Source: Paraphysomonas bandaiensis
Lineage: Eukaryota > Protista > Chrysophyceae
Direction: 5' to 3'
NCBI GenBank assembly: GCA_965644295.1
Contig: CBFFRP010000374.1
Coordinates: 43,851 to 107,850 of the forward strand
DNA length: 64,000 bases
Shown here one piece after another: positions 37,516 to 50,702 of the stretch. Numbering within the stretch: position 1 is the stretch's first letter; every line of letters starts with the position of its first letter. Under the pieces are notes generated by a model. The model worked only from the letters and a program-made list of their open reading frames with translations. It searched no databases and was not told where the DNA came from. The position numbers and the translations under genes are program-made.

Positions 37516-39106
37516 ATGGCTAAACCAAAGAAGTACATCTTTGAGAATGGGGTGATGAAGATCAATCCTGAATACAAGAAAGAAAACAACACGTCCTCAT
37601 CTGCTCCTCCTTCTGGAGACCCACCCCTGGCGATAGTTTCATCAAGTTAGTGTCTATATGTATGATATGAGTGTGGTAATAGAATGTGTTTTAGTGGATG
37701 ATGTTGGAGCGGCCTCTGAGGCACAGATGGAGTCAAGTGGATCAGCGATACAACTCTCTCAGAGCACAACTGCTGCAATGGAGATCATGCAAGATGAAGA
37801 CTTTACTAATCAGTTCCAAGTATCAAGTGGTATTGATGGTACGGACCTGCTGGAGGGTCTCACAAACTATTTTGTGCAGTATGAGATTCCTGTGGGACTC
37901 ATCAATAAGCTCATGGCACTTCAATTTTACCATCTTCATTTTATCGTGGATGACTCAGGATCGATGCGCGCAAATACAGATTCTATGATGTCTGAGGCCA
38001 CCCCGTATCTGTTGCGCGGACAGGTGGTAGCACCTACACAGCCCATGACAAGATGGCAGGAGGCAGAGAATAGGCTGCACACAATGATAGATGTCCTCGC
38101 TTACATTCCAACAAAACCAATCACTATATCCTTTATGAATGCACCAAATGTTATTACTCTTAATCGAGTGGGAAACACCCCTGAGGCATTTCAACGTGCT
38201 GCTCACGACCAAATTTCTCAGGCTTTCTCTTCCATAGATGTTCGGTATAAGACCCCCACCTTTCGGGTTCTGACGCAATCATTTAATGAAGCAGCATCGC
38301 GCTCAGACCCTACTATGCACTACCTTCTTACCGATGGTGTTCCAAGTGACGCATCAGTAGACCAGGTAGCAAGTCTAATTTCTCAACGGCGCGCGCCTGA
38401 GGCCAACCCTGTGACACTCATTTCGTGCACCAATGAGGACGCAGAAGCAGAGTGGATGAAACAGGTTGAAGAACGTGCCCCCTTCACCTCCGAGCTTGAT
38501 GATTTTCACGATGAGAGGAATGAAGTCATATCTGATCAGGGATCAGGTTTTCCTTATACTAAAGGCTACTGGATTGTATGCCAGCTGGTCTCCGCCATTA
38601 ATCCCGACGACCTGGACGCAATTGATGAAAATCTCCCATTTACCAAGAACACGCTTGACAACCTCTTGGGAAGGGTGCACACACCCCAAGTGAGTGAATT
38701 GAGTTATGCTAACCATGTATTTGGTCCATATATTTTGCATGCTAGCACTATATAGTATGTGTGTTTCTAATGGCTGGCAAACGTGTAGGAGTATCAGTAC
38801 TACTTTGAACGAAACCCTCATGCCCCGCTGTACGTCGATCTCTATCCTCGCTTCCTCAACGAAGGAACATTTTCCAGGGCTTTCGTGTCGAGAGAGGAAC
38901 AGCTGCGCCGTGAAATGTCGGCCGGATATCGTGATGGTGCTAGACCGACGACTGCACCCGCTCGCCCAGATGCAATACGGCATCTCTTGGCTCCTCACAC
39001 CTCTGCTAGTGGGAGTGCTACTGTATTCTCATTTGGCTCTTCCCCTCCTGCAAACACGGGAGCTCCTCCTCCTTATTCAGATGCACCCCCACCGTATGGC
39101 TCTTAG
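37516..39106 (+). CDS. von Willebrand factor A-domain protein; 3 exons (introns ~37646-37694 and ~38689-38789)
   Basis: MIDAS FIVDDSGSM, T(R)WQE, TP, LLTDGVPSD; the spliced C-terminus ends in PPPYSDAPPPYGS. Confidence 0.85.
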
Positions 39107-40265
39107 AGATATTCTGATAGTGTATCATGGATACGCAATCGGTTGTCATATTGTGAGTAAGTGCTGGCCACGTATATGAACGGTAGAATTCTTTGGTAGA
39201 TTTGGTAATGACGACTGCAGTAATTTTAATTAAGTTTTTGCATTTTGCATTGTTTTCTCTTTGACGTCCGATCACTTCTTGTATTGCACCTTTTCTCTGA
39301 AACTGACTGTATTAAATATGGAGCATATTTTATAATATAGTATTTTAACACTACTTATCTATTCGGCTCAACCTCCTTATAGTAGTCTCCTTGATCAGTA
39401 GTTAAATGCATGCGTATATTCCATTTTTGCTTCTCCTCATTAAGATATAATATATTTATCAGGGCAGGGAATATATACTGTTCTCAATCATATATTATAT
39501 ATTACATATTGTATTGTTACTGTGTTTAGCTAGTTTATAATATATTACAGTGCAATATGCTATAGTATATAGTAACTACTACTAATAATTCCAAGAGTTA
39601 CTGAAATAACATCTACACTAAACATGGGTTATCGGTTTAATCATTGCATTATTACGCATGCAAGTACTGGTGTAATAATAGTTACCAAGCCGCTCGTTTT
39701 TGAACAGTCTGGCATCAGACATATTTCATGAAATGACAGTGCATCCATCTCCCACACACTGTCCACTACGGGAGCGATAAAGTCACTCTGATATCTTTTA
39801 TGTTACTATATTATCTCTTCTGCATCAGCTGCTGTCCATGCCTCTCTATTCTCCATCATGAACTCAATTCTATATTGCTGAGATTCATGTCTGAATGATC
39901 CATGATGTTCACTATATATCTATATATCACCACTTTAAGACTTGATATATACATGAAGGTAGCTGTACGTCGCCGAAAGATATCATGCGAATATGTAGAT
40001 CAGGAACTATGCTATTTCTGGGTGGGTTGTAGGACTTTTTAGGGGTTGTATAAAATGGTGTACCATATTCTACAGGATTTTCCATATGATAGATATGGTT
40101 CCTGATCTAGGACAGAACTCGGTCTACAACCCACCACTAACGTATATTCGCTATACATAAAAACTCCTGCTTCTTATGAAATATGTACGTTGTATATCAC
40201 ACACTAACCTGTCAGTCTGATTCCTAGATGATGTTTGTTCTGTTACTACATATATATATAGTAAA

Positions 40266-41035
40266 ATGGAGCTTACTGCTTGTGACATTGTTGACGATGG
40301 CTCTATCTGTGACGACGAGCTTGATGAAAATCTTGTCGACACCAACAGCAGAGAGTACTTACGATCGCAGCAGACTATCCTTAACCATTTCGCAAAATTT
40401 ATGAGGAAGCTCCGCCGAGATGACCCTATTAATTATCCTCAGGAAGGGTACGACAAAATGTATTTCGCTGAATAATATTGAGAGTACGAGGGATATATTT
40501 GGTAGATTTGGCAATTTTATTATAGATAATGTCCAAATAAAGAAACCACAATGCGCACTTAACTATATATCAAAGCTGCGTATGAAAGTAGAACGAGATA
40601 TTTCGGGGACCAGTGTTTTCACTGGTATTTGGTACAAGACATTACGTTTGAACATTATGAAACGTTATGTTGAGCTCTGCGCACGAAACGGGACAATGTG
40701 AAGCGATCAGGCTCCAGAGATGACGATGAAAGATTTACGTGCTCTGTCAGAGATTCTATTCTCGAGAGACACACCTAAATCTATTTCCAATCGCTGTCTA
40801 TTGATATTTCAATGGCAAGCTTTAGGAAGAATATCGGAGATGTCAGCAATGAAGTGGGCCGATATAGGAGTAAGAAAGGCTCCACATGTTCAAGCTTTGA
40901 AAGTTAATCTCAACAGGTATGTGAACTCCTTACTATCGACCATATATGATGAAGTTTCAAAATCACATCCAACATGAGAAGCCATTCGGGACGATCGGGA
41001 CCCACTACAGCTGCTTCTGAGCATCCACAAATGCA
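40266..41035 (+). pseudogene. Crypton-like tyrosine recombinase remnant (one frameshift ~40470, stop at 40699-40701, truncated)
   Basis: Three ORF pieces join into one protein with a SAM-like helix (ALNYISKLR) and the YR box I NRCLLIFQWQALGRISE...KWADI. Confidence 0.75.
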
Positions 41036-41073
41036 GGTATACAAGTAAGTACTCACAGGAGATTGTATAACCA

Positions 41074-41245
41074 TTTCATAATATTCAAACGTAATGTCTT
41101 GTACCAAATACCATTGAAAACACTGGTCCCTGGAATATCTCGTTCTACTTTCATATGCAGCTTTGATATATAGTTAAGTGCGCATTGTGGTTTCTTTATT
41201 TGGACTTTATCTATAATAAAATATCCTAACTTTCCATATAAATTC
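41074..41245 (-). pseudogene. Inverted, diverged second fragment of the same recombinase gene
   Basis: Reverse complement of ~40492-40662; reads FIIDKVQIKKPQCALNYISKLHMKVERDIPGTSVFNGIWYKTLRLNIMK. Confidence 0.85.
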
Positions 41246-41517
41246 TAGTGATTTATATAGAAATCCCAATTTGTATTTTAAATATTCAACAATGGAAAAA
41301 CTATGGAAATTTGGGCCAAAATTTCTCTACCCCCATGGATACACAAGGCAGTACGTCGTAGTCGTGGTATGTATATATACACTACTCTCCTGCTGTGTAA
41401 CAGTGCAATTGGACAAAGGCAGTTAAGATATGAGATATGAGAGACTGCTGTAAAGGGCAGAAACAATCATTCATATAATAGATAACAAGTCATACCGATC
41501 ACATCCATACACCCCAT

Positions 41518-42270
41518 ATGAAATATGCAACATTGATCGATGCATTAAAGAGCAATGAGATAGTGCAGTATCCATTGCAATTCGCTAAGAAACATACGAG
41601 AAATTTCGTGAAAGGAGAATTCTTTCAGAAAAAATTCAGACAAATATTCGAAGAGGCTGATACTGATAAGAATGGGGTGCTAGATAAGGATGAAACATAC
41701 ACATTAGTTCTGAGTTTTTACCTTCTAATTGCACAGAAAACTATGGTCATTGCAAGGCACATACCTACAAGGAACGATGTCGTGGAATTGATCAAGCTAG
41801 CTGATATAACTAATGATGGGACGATAAGCTATGATGAGTTTGAAACACTGTGTATATACCTTTGTGAGGGGGTAGCGGTTCAGTTAGTTACGCAATTGAT
41901 ATTTACAGTTCTAATATCACCTTTTCTGGCTATTGGGACACTGACACTTCTCAAGATGTTATTTGTTCTAAGACCAAAACTTCAGTCGCTGCTTTGGGTG
42001 GCTCCTCAATTTTTACTTAATGACAAGATAGGTGTCATGTGTCTAGCACCGTTATTAAATTTTTTGCTGCTTCCGTATGTGCTAGAGTGTGTTTATCTAT
42101 TCTTGTCTAGTCGACCTAAATTTGAGATGGATCTGTCCAAGCATCAAGTCTTACCAGTATCGCCTATAAAGTCAATTATCGGTGACGTTGATAGTCCATC
42201 ACCTGTATCTGTTTGCCCTAAGGGTCCAGTTTCTCAAGACAATTATGATGGGCATCTCAAGAAAGAGTAA
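41518..42270 (+). CDS. EF-hand protein (2 EF-hands) with two C-terminal predicted TM helices
   Basis: DTDKNGVLDKDE and DITNDGTISYDE; hydrophobic stretches downstream. Confidence 0.85.
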   Translation: MKYATLIDALKSNEIVQYPLQFAKKHTRNFVKGEFFQKKFRQIFEEADTDKNGVLDKDETYTLVLSFYLLIAQKTMVIARHIPTRNDVVELIKLADITNDGTISYDEFETLCIYLCEGVAVQLVTQLIFTVLISPFLAIGTLTLLKMLFVLRPKLQSLLWVAPQFLLNDKIGVMCLAPLLNFLLLPYVLECVYLFLSSRPKFEMDLSKHQVLPVSPIKSIIGDVDSPSPVSVCPKGPVSQDNYDGHLKKE

Positions 42271-42763
42271 TTCCATATGTAGGAAAACAACGTGAGTGGA
42301 AATTTAATCTGAGCAGTTCATCGCCACCAGTATTGAGATTAACCGCTTCATTTTAGTTATATGTCAGTGTTTACAGTAATTGTCTATATATTGCAATTAT
42401 TTTTTCGTATTGGAATAATGATTGCAACAAAGATTAGTGGCGAGTATTTTGTAGCTATGCATACGTTTCAGAGATAAGGAGCGAATTATCATGTATAGTA
42501 GGAAAGTGAGCTTTTACTAAAGCTTTAATTTATATATCATAAATAAGTACAGTAAAATGCTGCGATAATGGGAGCAAATTCTACTTCGTAGCAGCACTAC
42601 TTACAGTGTAATGACCTGCTATCGGGTTATTTTATACTATGAGCTCACTATTGTATATGCTTAGGCTTGTACATATTATACGCTCAAAATGATACAATTA
42701 TTAGACCCTATATGAATCAAGATCTACTGAATGATATACTAGGCTTACTACTGATATATGAAT

Positions 42764-43387
42764 GAGATATATTATTCAACCTAGTCAATTAGGTTGAATT
42801 TCCTAGTCATACTATTTTCGGTGTAAAAACCTAGTCAAAGCAATAAATTACTCAACCTAGCCAATTATCGTATTAAACCTAGTCATGAATTGTACTCGCA
42901 TATAGCTACATAGCTACGCATTACAGGCCTATAGCTACACATTGCAGGCATATAGATACGCATTACAGAAGCATGAGGTCATAGCAGGTGACGTAGAACC
43001 AATGCAACATACATCAGGTCAGAACAAAGCTAAAGGGCGGTATATAGCAGCATAAGCAGGACTCCATCGATCTCTCCAATGCTGAAGTAGGCTCATCCAA
43101 AGATTGTGGGGTTCGATGCACATGAAATGAAGATTGCTGTGGAGTTACACAGGACTTGGTCATCAGAAACAGCCCAATTTTTATTCGACTGTGACGACGA
43201 AGTGTGAGGCATATATAGCATTCAAATTTTTGAATTTATGGCTACAGTATGCTCCCCTGTTTGACTAGGTGAAAACCCACTTCCACCTAGTCATTGTAAT
43301 GATAAAAATCTAATTATTTAATGACTAGTTTTTCTACCTTTTGACTAGGTATTTTCACTAAATTTACTAGGTCGGAAAATAGATCCC
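42764..43387. mobile_element. Mutator-like (MULE) non-autonomous element, 624 bp
   Basis: 9-bp TSD TATATGAAT (42755-63 and 43388-96); imperfect TIRs GAGATATATTATTCAACCTAGT / GGGATCTATTTTCCGACCTAGT; repeated subterminal ACCTAGTCA motifs at both ends. Confidence 0.8.
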
Positions 43388-44858
43388 TATATGAATTGAC
43401 ATAACAGAAACAGATGAAGAGATAACAGATTTATAATGAAGACTAGCAATGAAGAATTATGATGAGAACTATGATTGTTGATATAATGATATTTATTTAT
43501 ATTTATACTGGAGAATCCCAGGTCATTAGAGGTGTATTGCCGATCTATCCAGTAATGCAGTAGTACTTTACGTGTCCTGTGTTGTTGTCCTGAAGGGATT
43601 GTATTTGAAGTATATGATGTCAAGTCTTCTTGCACATACAAACGTATTTTGTTGCCTATATCAACTACATTGAAATACTGAATGTATCTTTCCTTATATA
43701 TTGATGGTGAATCAGTATTGAAAAACGGATCTATTGGTAAACAGATGTATATAAATGAAGGTCTTTCCTTTGAGCCTTCCTTCGGCCTGGGAATCGTAGG
43801 TAGTATATATACTATAATAAGATGCAATTTCTTTATGTTGGAAGTTGCTTGTAGCCTATGGCTAGTAGTTAAATATACTGTATAGTTACATGTCATTATA
43901 TATATGATATTTTTATTACATGAAGGAACCTAAGGTTGAGTGCAGGACTCTGCTAGAACCTATCTTGTTGGTAGAGTCATCGGGATATTATTAGAAGAAT
44001 ATGTTCCTTCTCCTGACACAGTTCATCAAATCAGAGCTGTAAGCACGCGGTTTGGTTTAGACGAGCTAGGGTCAGAGGCTCTGGTATCACAACAGTCATG
44101 TTGATAAGTAGAATATAGAGTATATTATCTTGTCTAGGCAAACTAAATTTGCAATAATAAGTAGCTTACAAGTCAGATGAATATAGCAGTCAGATTTGCT
44201 ATTACAATGCTAAAATATGATAGTTATAGTTGATAAGATTATGACTATTAAATATTGAAGATTATAATTTATTGATTAATTGAATTGTAGCAAAGTGCAA
44301 GAACGAAGATAAACGTTTACTAGAACCTTAATAATTAAGTTCATATATGCTAAAGTTAACTATATGTCCACTACCCAGAGATCAAGAGAGGTTATAATTG
44401 TGTTCAGAATGTTGGAAATTGACCTTTTTGCAGGTTAATTAAGTAATGAAACTTAGAAGATCACTTAAATCTGAAAATTACGAAATTATGAATAACATCA
44501 CTAATCATTCATATTGTCATTCACCAACTCTTTTATCTCTTCTACACCAACTATTTCTAATACGATCTTATATCGTCACTATCTTGTACAGTCAATATAA
44601 TTCAGTTTCATTACTATACTAACTATCATATTGTTAGTTTTCATAATACAGTCAACTGCAACTGTATTCGTTTAGTAACGGTTATAATTCAAATACATAG
44701 AACATAGAACTATAGTTGTGATAGTTGTTTTTCTACACGAGAACGACAATGTGAATAAAAAACGACAGCATTTCTTGAATCCTTGCTAGAAGTATTATTT
44801 AACATTGCCCAAGACTCTCTCCGGGCGTAAACTACATAAAAAATAATAATGTAAAACC

Positions 44859-45873
44859 TCACGAGCACTTTCTATCTGCTTCATTTACGGCCTTGGCGAT
44901 TTCATACAGTAACCGTTCACAATATAGGACATCCCCTAATTCTTTCTGGACCATTGCTTTCTCTTCCTCTGTTTTCACTTTGCTATTAGACCCTGTAGAG
45001 GAGTTGACGGCGGAATTATACTCAGATTGTGGCAAACTTGACACTCGGCGGAAGAGCAGAGGCCAAAACGTCTCCTGCACAATATATGAGTGGTACAACT
45101 GGAAATCTATATCGTTACTCGCCATACACATAACACCATACCTTCATATTCTCCGTGATTCCGACCACTGTGTACCGCATCAGAAGCAGGGCAGCGCTTC
45201 TCAGGTGTGCATGACATTGCCGATGCTCAGGAGCATGGCTAGTGGATTGGAAGAATGTATTCGGGACTGAAACAGGAGACCAAGTGCGCACTCTGTCTAT
45301 TGCGTCGACCGAAGCGTCCAGTATGCGACTGTATTCATCTGAAAGATATTTCCGCACACTAGGAGTCGAAAGCCATTTCGATAGACTCTTATATTTAAAA
45401 GCGTTTTCCCATATCACGTCTCCACGCCACTGAGGTGGAATCCGATGCCGATTATCTACATATATACGGATCAAGTATATCATTATCAATACATGCCTCC
45501 ACTTACGATATATAAAATGAAAGTAACTCAACACTCGTGTTTGTGGATATCGCAATATCGAGACATATATGTATGGGTGTCCGGGGGGGTCTTTATGCTT
45601 CTTTTGAAACACAGAATAACTTACATGACCCGTATCTAAATGAAACGGTCGTATGGATTCTCTTCTAAAGAACTTATTCACAGTTGTTCCAGCTGTCTTA
45701 GGGTTATGAGAATGAATTACTTTTTGTGTATAAGATGCGGTCGATTCCATTCTGCACCGATAGCTCAGTGCGGTGTTTAAATCAGTGACATTAAACTGAA
45801 ACCCACTAAAATCGGGAGATAAAAGAGCATATGATACATGGGAGATGATGAAAAGGAGAAAGATAGGAGTCAT
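44859..45873 (-). CDS. Secretory-pathway (Golgi-type) sulfotransferase; 2 short introns
   Basis: Signal/anchor N-terminus; 5'-PSB HSHNPKTAGTT; 3'-PB SILRYPQTRVLSYF; VVGITE. Confidence 0.8.
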
Positions 45874-47140
45874 ACTGCTATTGGTAAATGGATACTAAGA
45901 TATATATACCCATATGTTTATAACAGCTGTGTCAGTATACTATGGGTATACTAGTTATAGCATGACATGCTTCATACACTTGTAGATGTGCACTCGTTCG
46001 TACGTAGAGTATGTACAACAGTCCACACTGCCCATCAAACGTTTTTTTGAGGAGTTTGATTGATTATAGGAAAAAGTAGGGTTTTTGTGTTTTCTATAAT
46101 AAATCATCAGATTTTTGTTGTTGCTTGTCTAAAAACTGTGAGAAGCAATCATTGACACCATGAATATCTATAGCTGTATATTAACAAGATGAGCTCATAG
46201 TAACTGCAGGTAACACCTTCATTACTATCTTATCTATGCGATAAAATATACTTCAGACTAAGTTATGTATATCTGATATGATTGTGCTCTTAGATTATAG
46301 TGATATGTAGTATTTATATTTCTATGCTGCTCTCAGGTACAGTGGTCAGGATACAGTGTTATGCGTTGTATACCATTAATATCCCCTCCTTAGATAAAGG
46401 GGTTGACAACGTTGTGTAGAAGGCTAGAGCGGATAGCCCGTGTTAATAGGGCTCATTGAGTTAGCCCTGCAGGTCAATAGGGTCGGTGGTAATATTGGTT
46501 TGTGTGACTCATATAAAGTCGAGTTGGGGAAGCTGCTTTACAATTTAGTTTACAGCTGCTTTACTCTATGAAAACAATTTAAAGACTTGGGTTCTATTCC
46601 ACAGTACAGCAGAAGATATAAACGAATAATTAATCTAGTTTTCATCAATGCAACTATATCTCATTTTCTCTTAACATTATTATGATCATTCTTTTATATG
46701 TAGTAATATATATCTGAAATTTATATGTATACGTCACTATCTTAAAGTACTATTATATTATATATACTAGAAAACAACTCTTTAACTGGTATACCGGATA
46801 CCGCCATAAACTTTGGAACGATACAATCTCAGGTAAACTAATTGTGTTTAACTATTCTTTCGTCTGGAATGAATTCAACCAGCAATGACAGGCGTATTTT
46901 ATTGATGATGCCAGGTAAAATTCCAATTTCCATCGGATTTCTCATAAATAATATCTCACATCATGTAGTGATCAATCCACTTCCAGGATTGAAGTTCCTT
47001 GTTTTGTCTTGGTTGGATGCGTATGATATCACTTATCACTTACATGCAACACTGGTGGTCTCTAGCAGGAGATGCAGGTTATTTATCCATAAACTTGAAA
47101 TTAAATAAAAAGTATAAGAGAGTTATAAAGTAAATTATTA

Positions 47141-47195
47141 GGGAAATAATATTCAACAACCCAGTCAATTTGGTTGATCTAGTCACACTAATTAC
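47141..47195 (+). repeat. Isolated end fragment related to the MULE-like TIR
   Basis: GGAAATAATATTCAACAACCCAGTCAATTTGGTTGA.CTAGTCACACTA resembles 42764-42815. Confidence 0.45.
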
Positions 47196-47443
47196 ATATT
47201 CAGGTTTTTGGCGCGCGCTATATATCCTTAAAGGTACAAGTTCAGTAGAAATAAGTCGTAGTCAATAGTAGAAATCTCATTCAATCTACAAATCTTATTT
47301 CTACGAATAAAACAACAACAATGATGGTAATATGATGTGATGAAAAAGTGTACTACATCCACTAACACTATATTTATTACTGACTAATGGTAAAGCATTG
47401 TCACATACAATATATAACTTTTCACAAGGGTGCATTTCGAACT

Positions 47444-48691
47444 TCAAGAGTCAAACATTCCTAGACCATCGAATATTCCACCCTCTACACTGCCATCTGC
47501 ACCTTCTTCTTCCGCTGCCCACGTTTTATCAAAATCAAAGCAGGTCTTTTTATTATCGAAACGCTGAGATAGTTGGCTAGGACCTCCTGAGTGTGCGTGG
47601 GAGGCACGCTGGTGGCGGTGATACCAATCCTCTCGATAATCAACGTCACATATAACAAGATCGTCAAGCGTCTGGATATGAATTAGTAAGTACATAGACG
47701 GATTCAACGCAAGACTCCTACCTGACATATTGACTCAAACTCTGTAAGTGAGTTGGCCTCTCCAAGCATGGTCCTGACCTCAGGGTGAACAACAAAATAC
47801 CGATAGAGAAACTTCATTAGATGCGAGCGCATTGTTTTGGTATGCCGTGGAGGGTACTGTTTGCAAAATGCCAGATACTCCTTTGCCAGCATGAGCTGGG
47901 TGGGAGGTAATGGGTCACCGACAGACGGACGAGAAAAAAATGCTGGATCTTCCAAAATTGCCTCTGAGACCATCACACCATCGCAACCAGTAACTTCTAG
48001 ACATCGGTGAAAGTCACCCATGTTAGCTATACCACCATTGGAAATAATAGGAATTCCAGTAGGAGCAAAATGCTGTTTAATTCTTTGCAGCATTGACCAG
48101 TCGGCAGCACCAATGAGTTGCTTCTTCTCTTCTCGCGTGCGCCCATGAATAGTTAACAGACTGGCACCTGCATTTGTCAGCGTCTCACATAAACGTATGG
48201 TCCGATCGAAGTCTTTATAAATTCTAGTCTTACAGGTCACAGGAATCTTCAGACCTTTAGAGAGAGTGCTCACAATCTCAGTTAATAACTCTAGTTCTTC
48301 CATGAGAAATGCACCATAGTGTCCCTTACGTGCTATACCCTGAGGGCAACCGAGATTCACATCAACCGCATCACAGTCATTCTCAACAAGTCGAGCAGCT
48401 TCCAACAAAATTTTTGGGTCGTTCCCGCAAAACTGTACAATCAGTGGCCTATCATTGGCGCAGGTCTGAAAGTTGGACTCTCTGTACTCCTTCGACTCTA
48501 CAAACACATGCGCACTGAACATTTGAGTATAAACAAGCTCCGCTCCGTATTGGCGACACAGCATCCGGTATGCCAAGCCTACAGTGATGATTAGAAACCT
48601 GTTTAGTGACTAGGAATAACCACATACCGCTATGCTCAACCATAGGAGCGACTATCTTTGATGGTTTTCCTATAGAACTATAGAAATCCAT
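47444..48691 (-). CDS. DUS1: tRNA-dihydrouridine(16/17) synthase; introns ~48627-48580 and ~47720-47673
   Basis: VAPMV, IVQFCGND, DVNLGCPQGIARKGHYGAFL, TIHGRTREEK, ISNGGI, GVMVSEAIL. Confidence 0.93.
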
Positions 48692-49214
48692 ATTTATTTA
48701 CACAACAGCCTAACCCGACCTGTCGATATTAATATACTCACAGCAGTGGACGATATATACGACCCTTTACTGTTACCGTCCATACATAATAATCTTGATA
48801 CGAAGCACTGTACAGCCCTCCATATGACACTGCTATGGACGAATGAAGACGGAGATAATTGAAATGACTGGCCAATAGTGCCTCACTACAAAAAAAGACT
48901 AATATGAAAGATTCCGTTATGTACCAGCAGCAGATGGTACGACCTTCGACTTAAATGATTGGATTATATGTACCATCTCCATATGTGCATCAGAGCTGTG
49001 TACTGTAGTATACCGGTATACGGTGGTGTATTTATATTCATATGACACAACACTACATCATATATACGTATATAGTATATATACATACCACTGTGTATAT
49101 ATAGACATATGCGTTGTGCTCTACTTGAAATAGTTAAACTACAATTAACTGACTCTCCCTCACACTCTCATCCATACCACTTCACCAAACCTGCAGTGAG
49201 TTCTCATATTAAGT

Positions 49215-50702
49215 ATGCACGTTCCTACCGCTGAGAAAACTGCTATTTTAAAAAAATTACGAAATCAATCAGCAAATAAAGTTTGTTTTGATTGCCCTGC
49301 ACGCAACCCCTCCTGGTAACCGCATACCCCTCATGCACTTACATTGATTAATCTCTTGTATCTAGGGCATCTGCAACATATGGAATTTTTATATGTTATG
49401 ATTGTAGTGCTGTGCATAGACGAATGGGAGTACATGTATCGTTTGTGAGGTCGTGTGATCTCGATGAGTGGACGGCTGAGCAGCTGCAAATCATGAAACT
49501 AAGTGGAAATGCGAATGCGAAAGCGTTTTTCTTGCAACACGGAGTGTCTGCAGCTCAGATGACCGTGAGTGTGGATTTCGATAACAATTAATTTATTTAA
49601 CACAGTTCCGCAGTCAGAAAAGAAGTACAAAACCAAGGCCGCCCAGGAGTACCGCCGTCATTTGACAAAGTTAGTGGAAAGTGAGTCGCGTGCTGGTCGA
49701 GAACGATTGGAATCAAACGAGTCAAACGATGATGGCGATGTGGCCGAAGTTGCCACAGGCATAGACGGACTACTACAGTCAATGACCCCGCCGACTTCAT
49801 CGACAGGGAAGCCCCCTGCTCTGGACCGCGCAGTGACCGAACCCACAACAACTGTATTTCGGGCTCCAGAGGCTGTAAAAGCTAGTGGCAGTGTGAGTGC
49901 CAATGGATCGCCAGCTCCGACTTCAGAACCTGTTTCAGCCCCTTCTCCAGTGCGTACTCCTTCTCCTGTCATTCCCATTGGAACACTTTCCGTTCACGCT
50001 GCAACCCGTTCAGAATCACACAAGAGTCATACAGCTCCCTCCAAACCTGTTGCTTTGCTCAAACCGAAGAAGGCTGGAGTAGGAGTGAAAAAGAAGGGAG
50101 GTTTGGGAGCGAAAAAATTGAGTGTTCCAGATAGCGACGCCAGTGTGCGTATAGAATCTTTCGAGCATATGGAGAAACGCGCAGCTAGAGAAGCAGCAGA
50201 GCAGGAGGATTTTCAGATGGCAGTACGTCTGCAACAAGAGGAGCTCTCTGCAGGACAAGGACGTACTGTAGGGGGAAGCAGAGTCGCGGCTGTGCTCATG
50301 GAGGAGAATTCCGCTCTCCAGTCCAAACCTGCCACTTCTATATACCGAGCCCCGCCCGAAGAAGTGAGTCAGACTGTAGGAGGATCCAGCCGTTATGGGT
50401 CTTACTCCTCCACGGCATCAAAGGGAAGTAGCGTACAAGTTGGGGAGTCTTTTGCGGCCAGAGATAAGTACTCTTCTGCGAAAGGTATTAGTTCGGATCA
50501 GTTCTTTGGAAGAGATGACCAACACGCTGACGAGATGCGTGGGAAACTGGGAAAATACGCCAATTCCACAGCCATATCCTCGGACATGATATACAATGAC
50601 GCTGCCCCCCCAGAGTATGGTAGTGGTGGCGCTTACGCTGGAGATGCTAATTTGAGCATCGATAGGCTGAAGGACAGTGTGAAGGACTTTTTCAGGTCAT
50701 GA
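49215..50702 (+). CDS. ArfGAP2/3 (Glo3/AGD8-10-type) ARF GTPase-activating protein; 3 exons
   Basis: NKVCFDC..RNPSW|[29 protein letters not shown]; GLGAKK; two Glo3 ISS motifs ([14 protein letters not shown]). Confidence 0.93.

Noticed and set aside
42780-43375. CRISPR-like spaced ACCTAGTCA repeats
   Set aside because: Units are ~9 bp, irregularly spaced, and inverted at the two ends; explained as subterminal motifs of a MULE-like element.
43387-43896. 169-aa minus-strand ORF and 61262-61902 short ORFs
   Set aside because: AT-rich, with no motifs or splice support.
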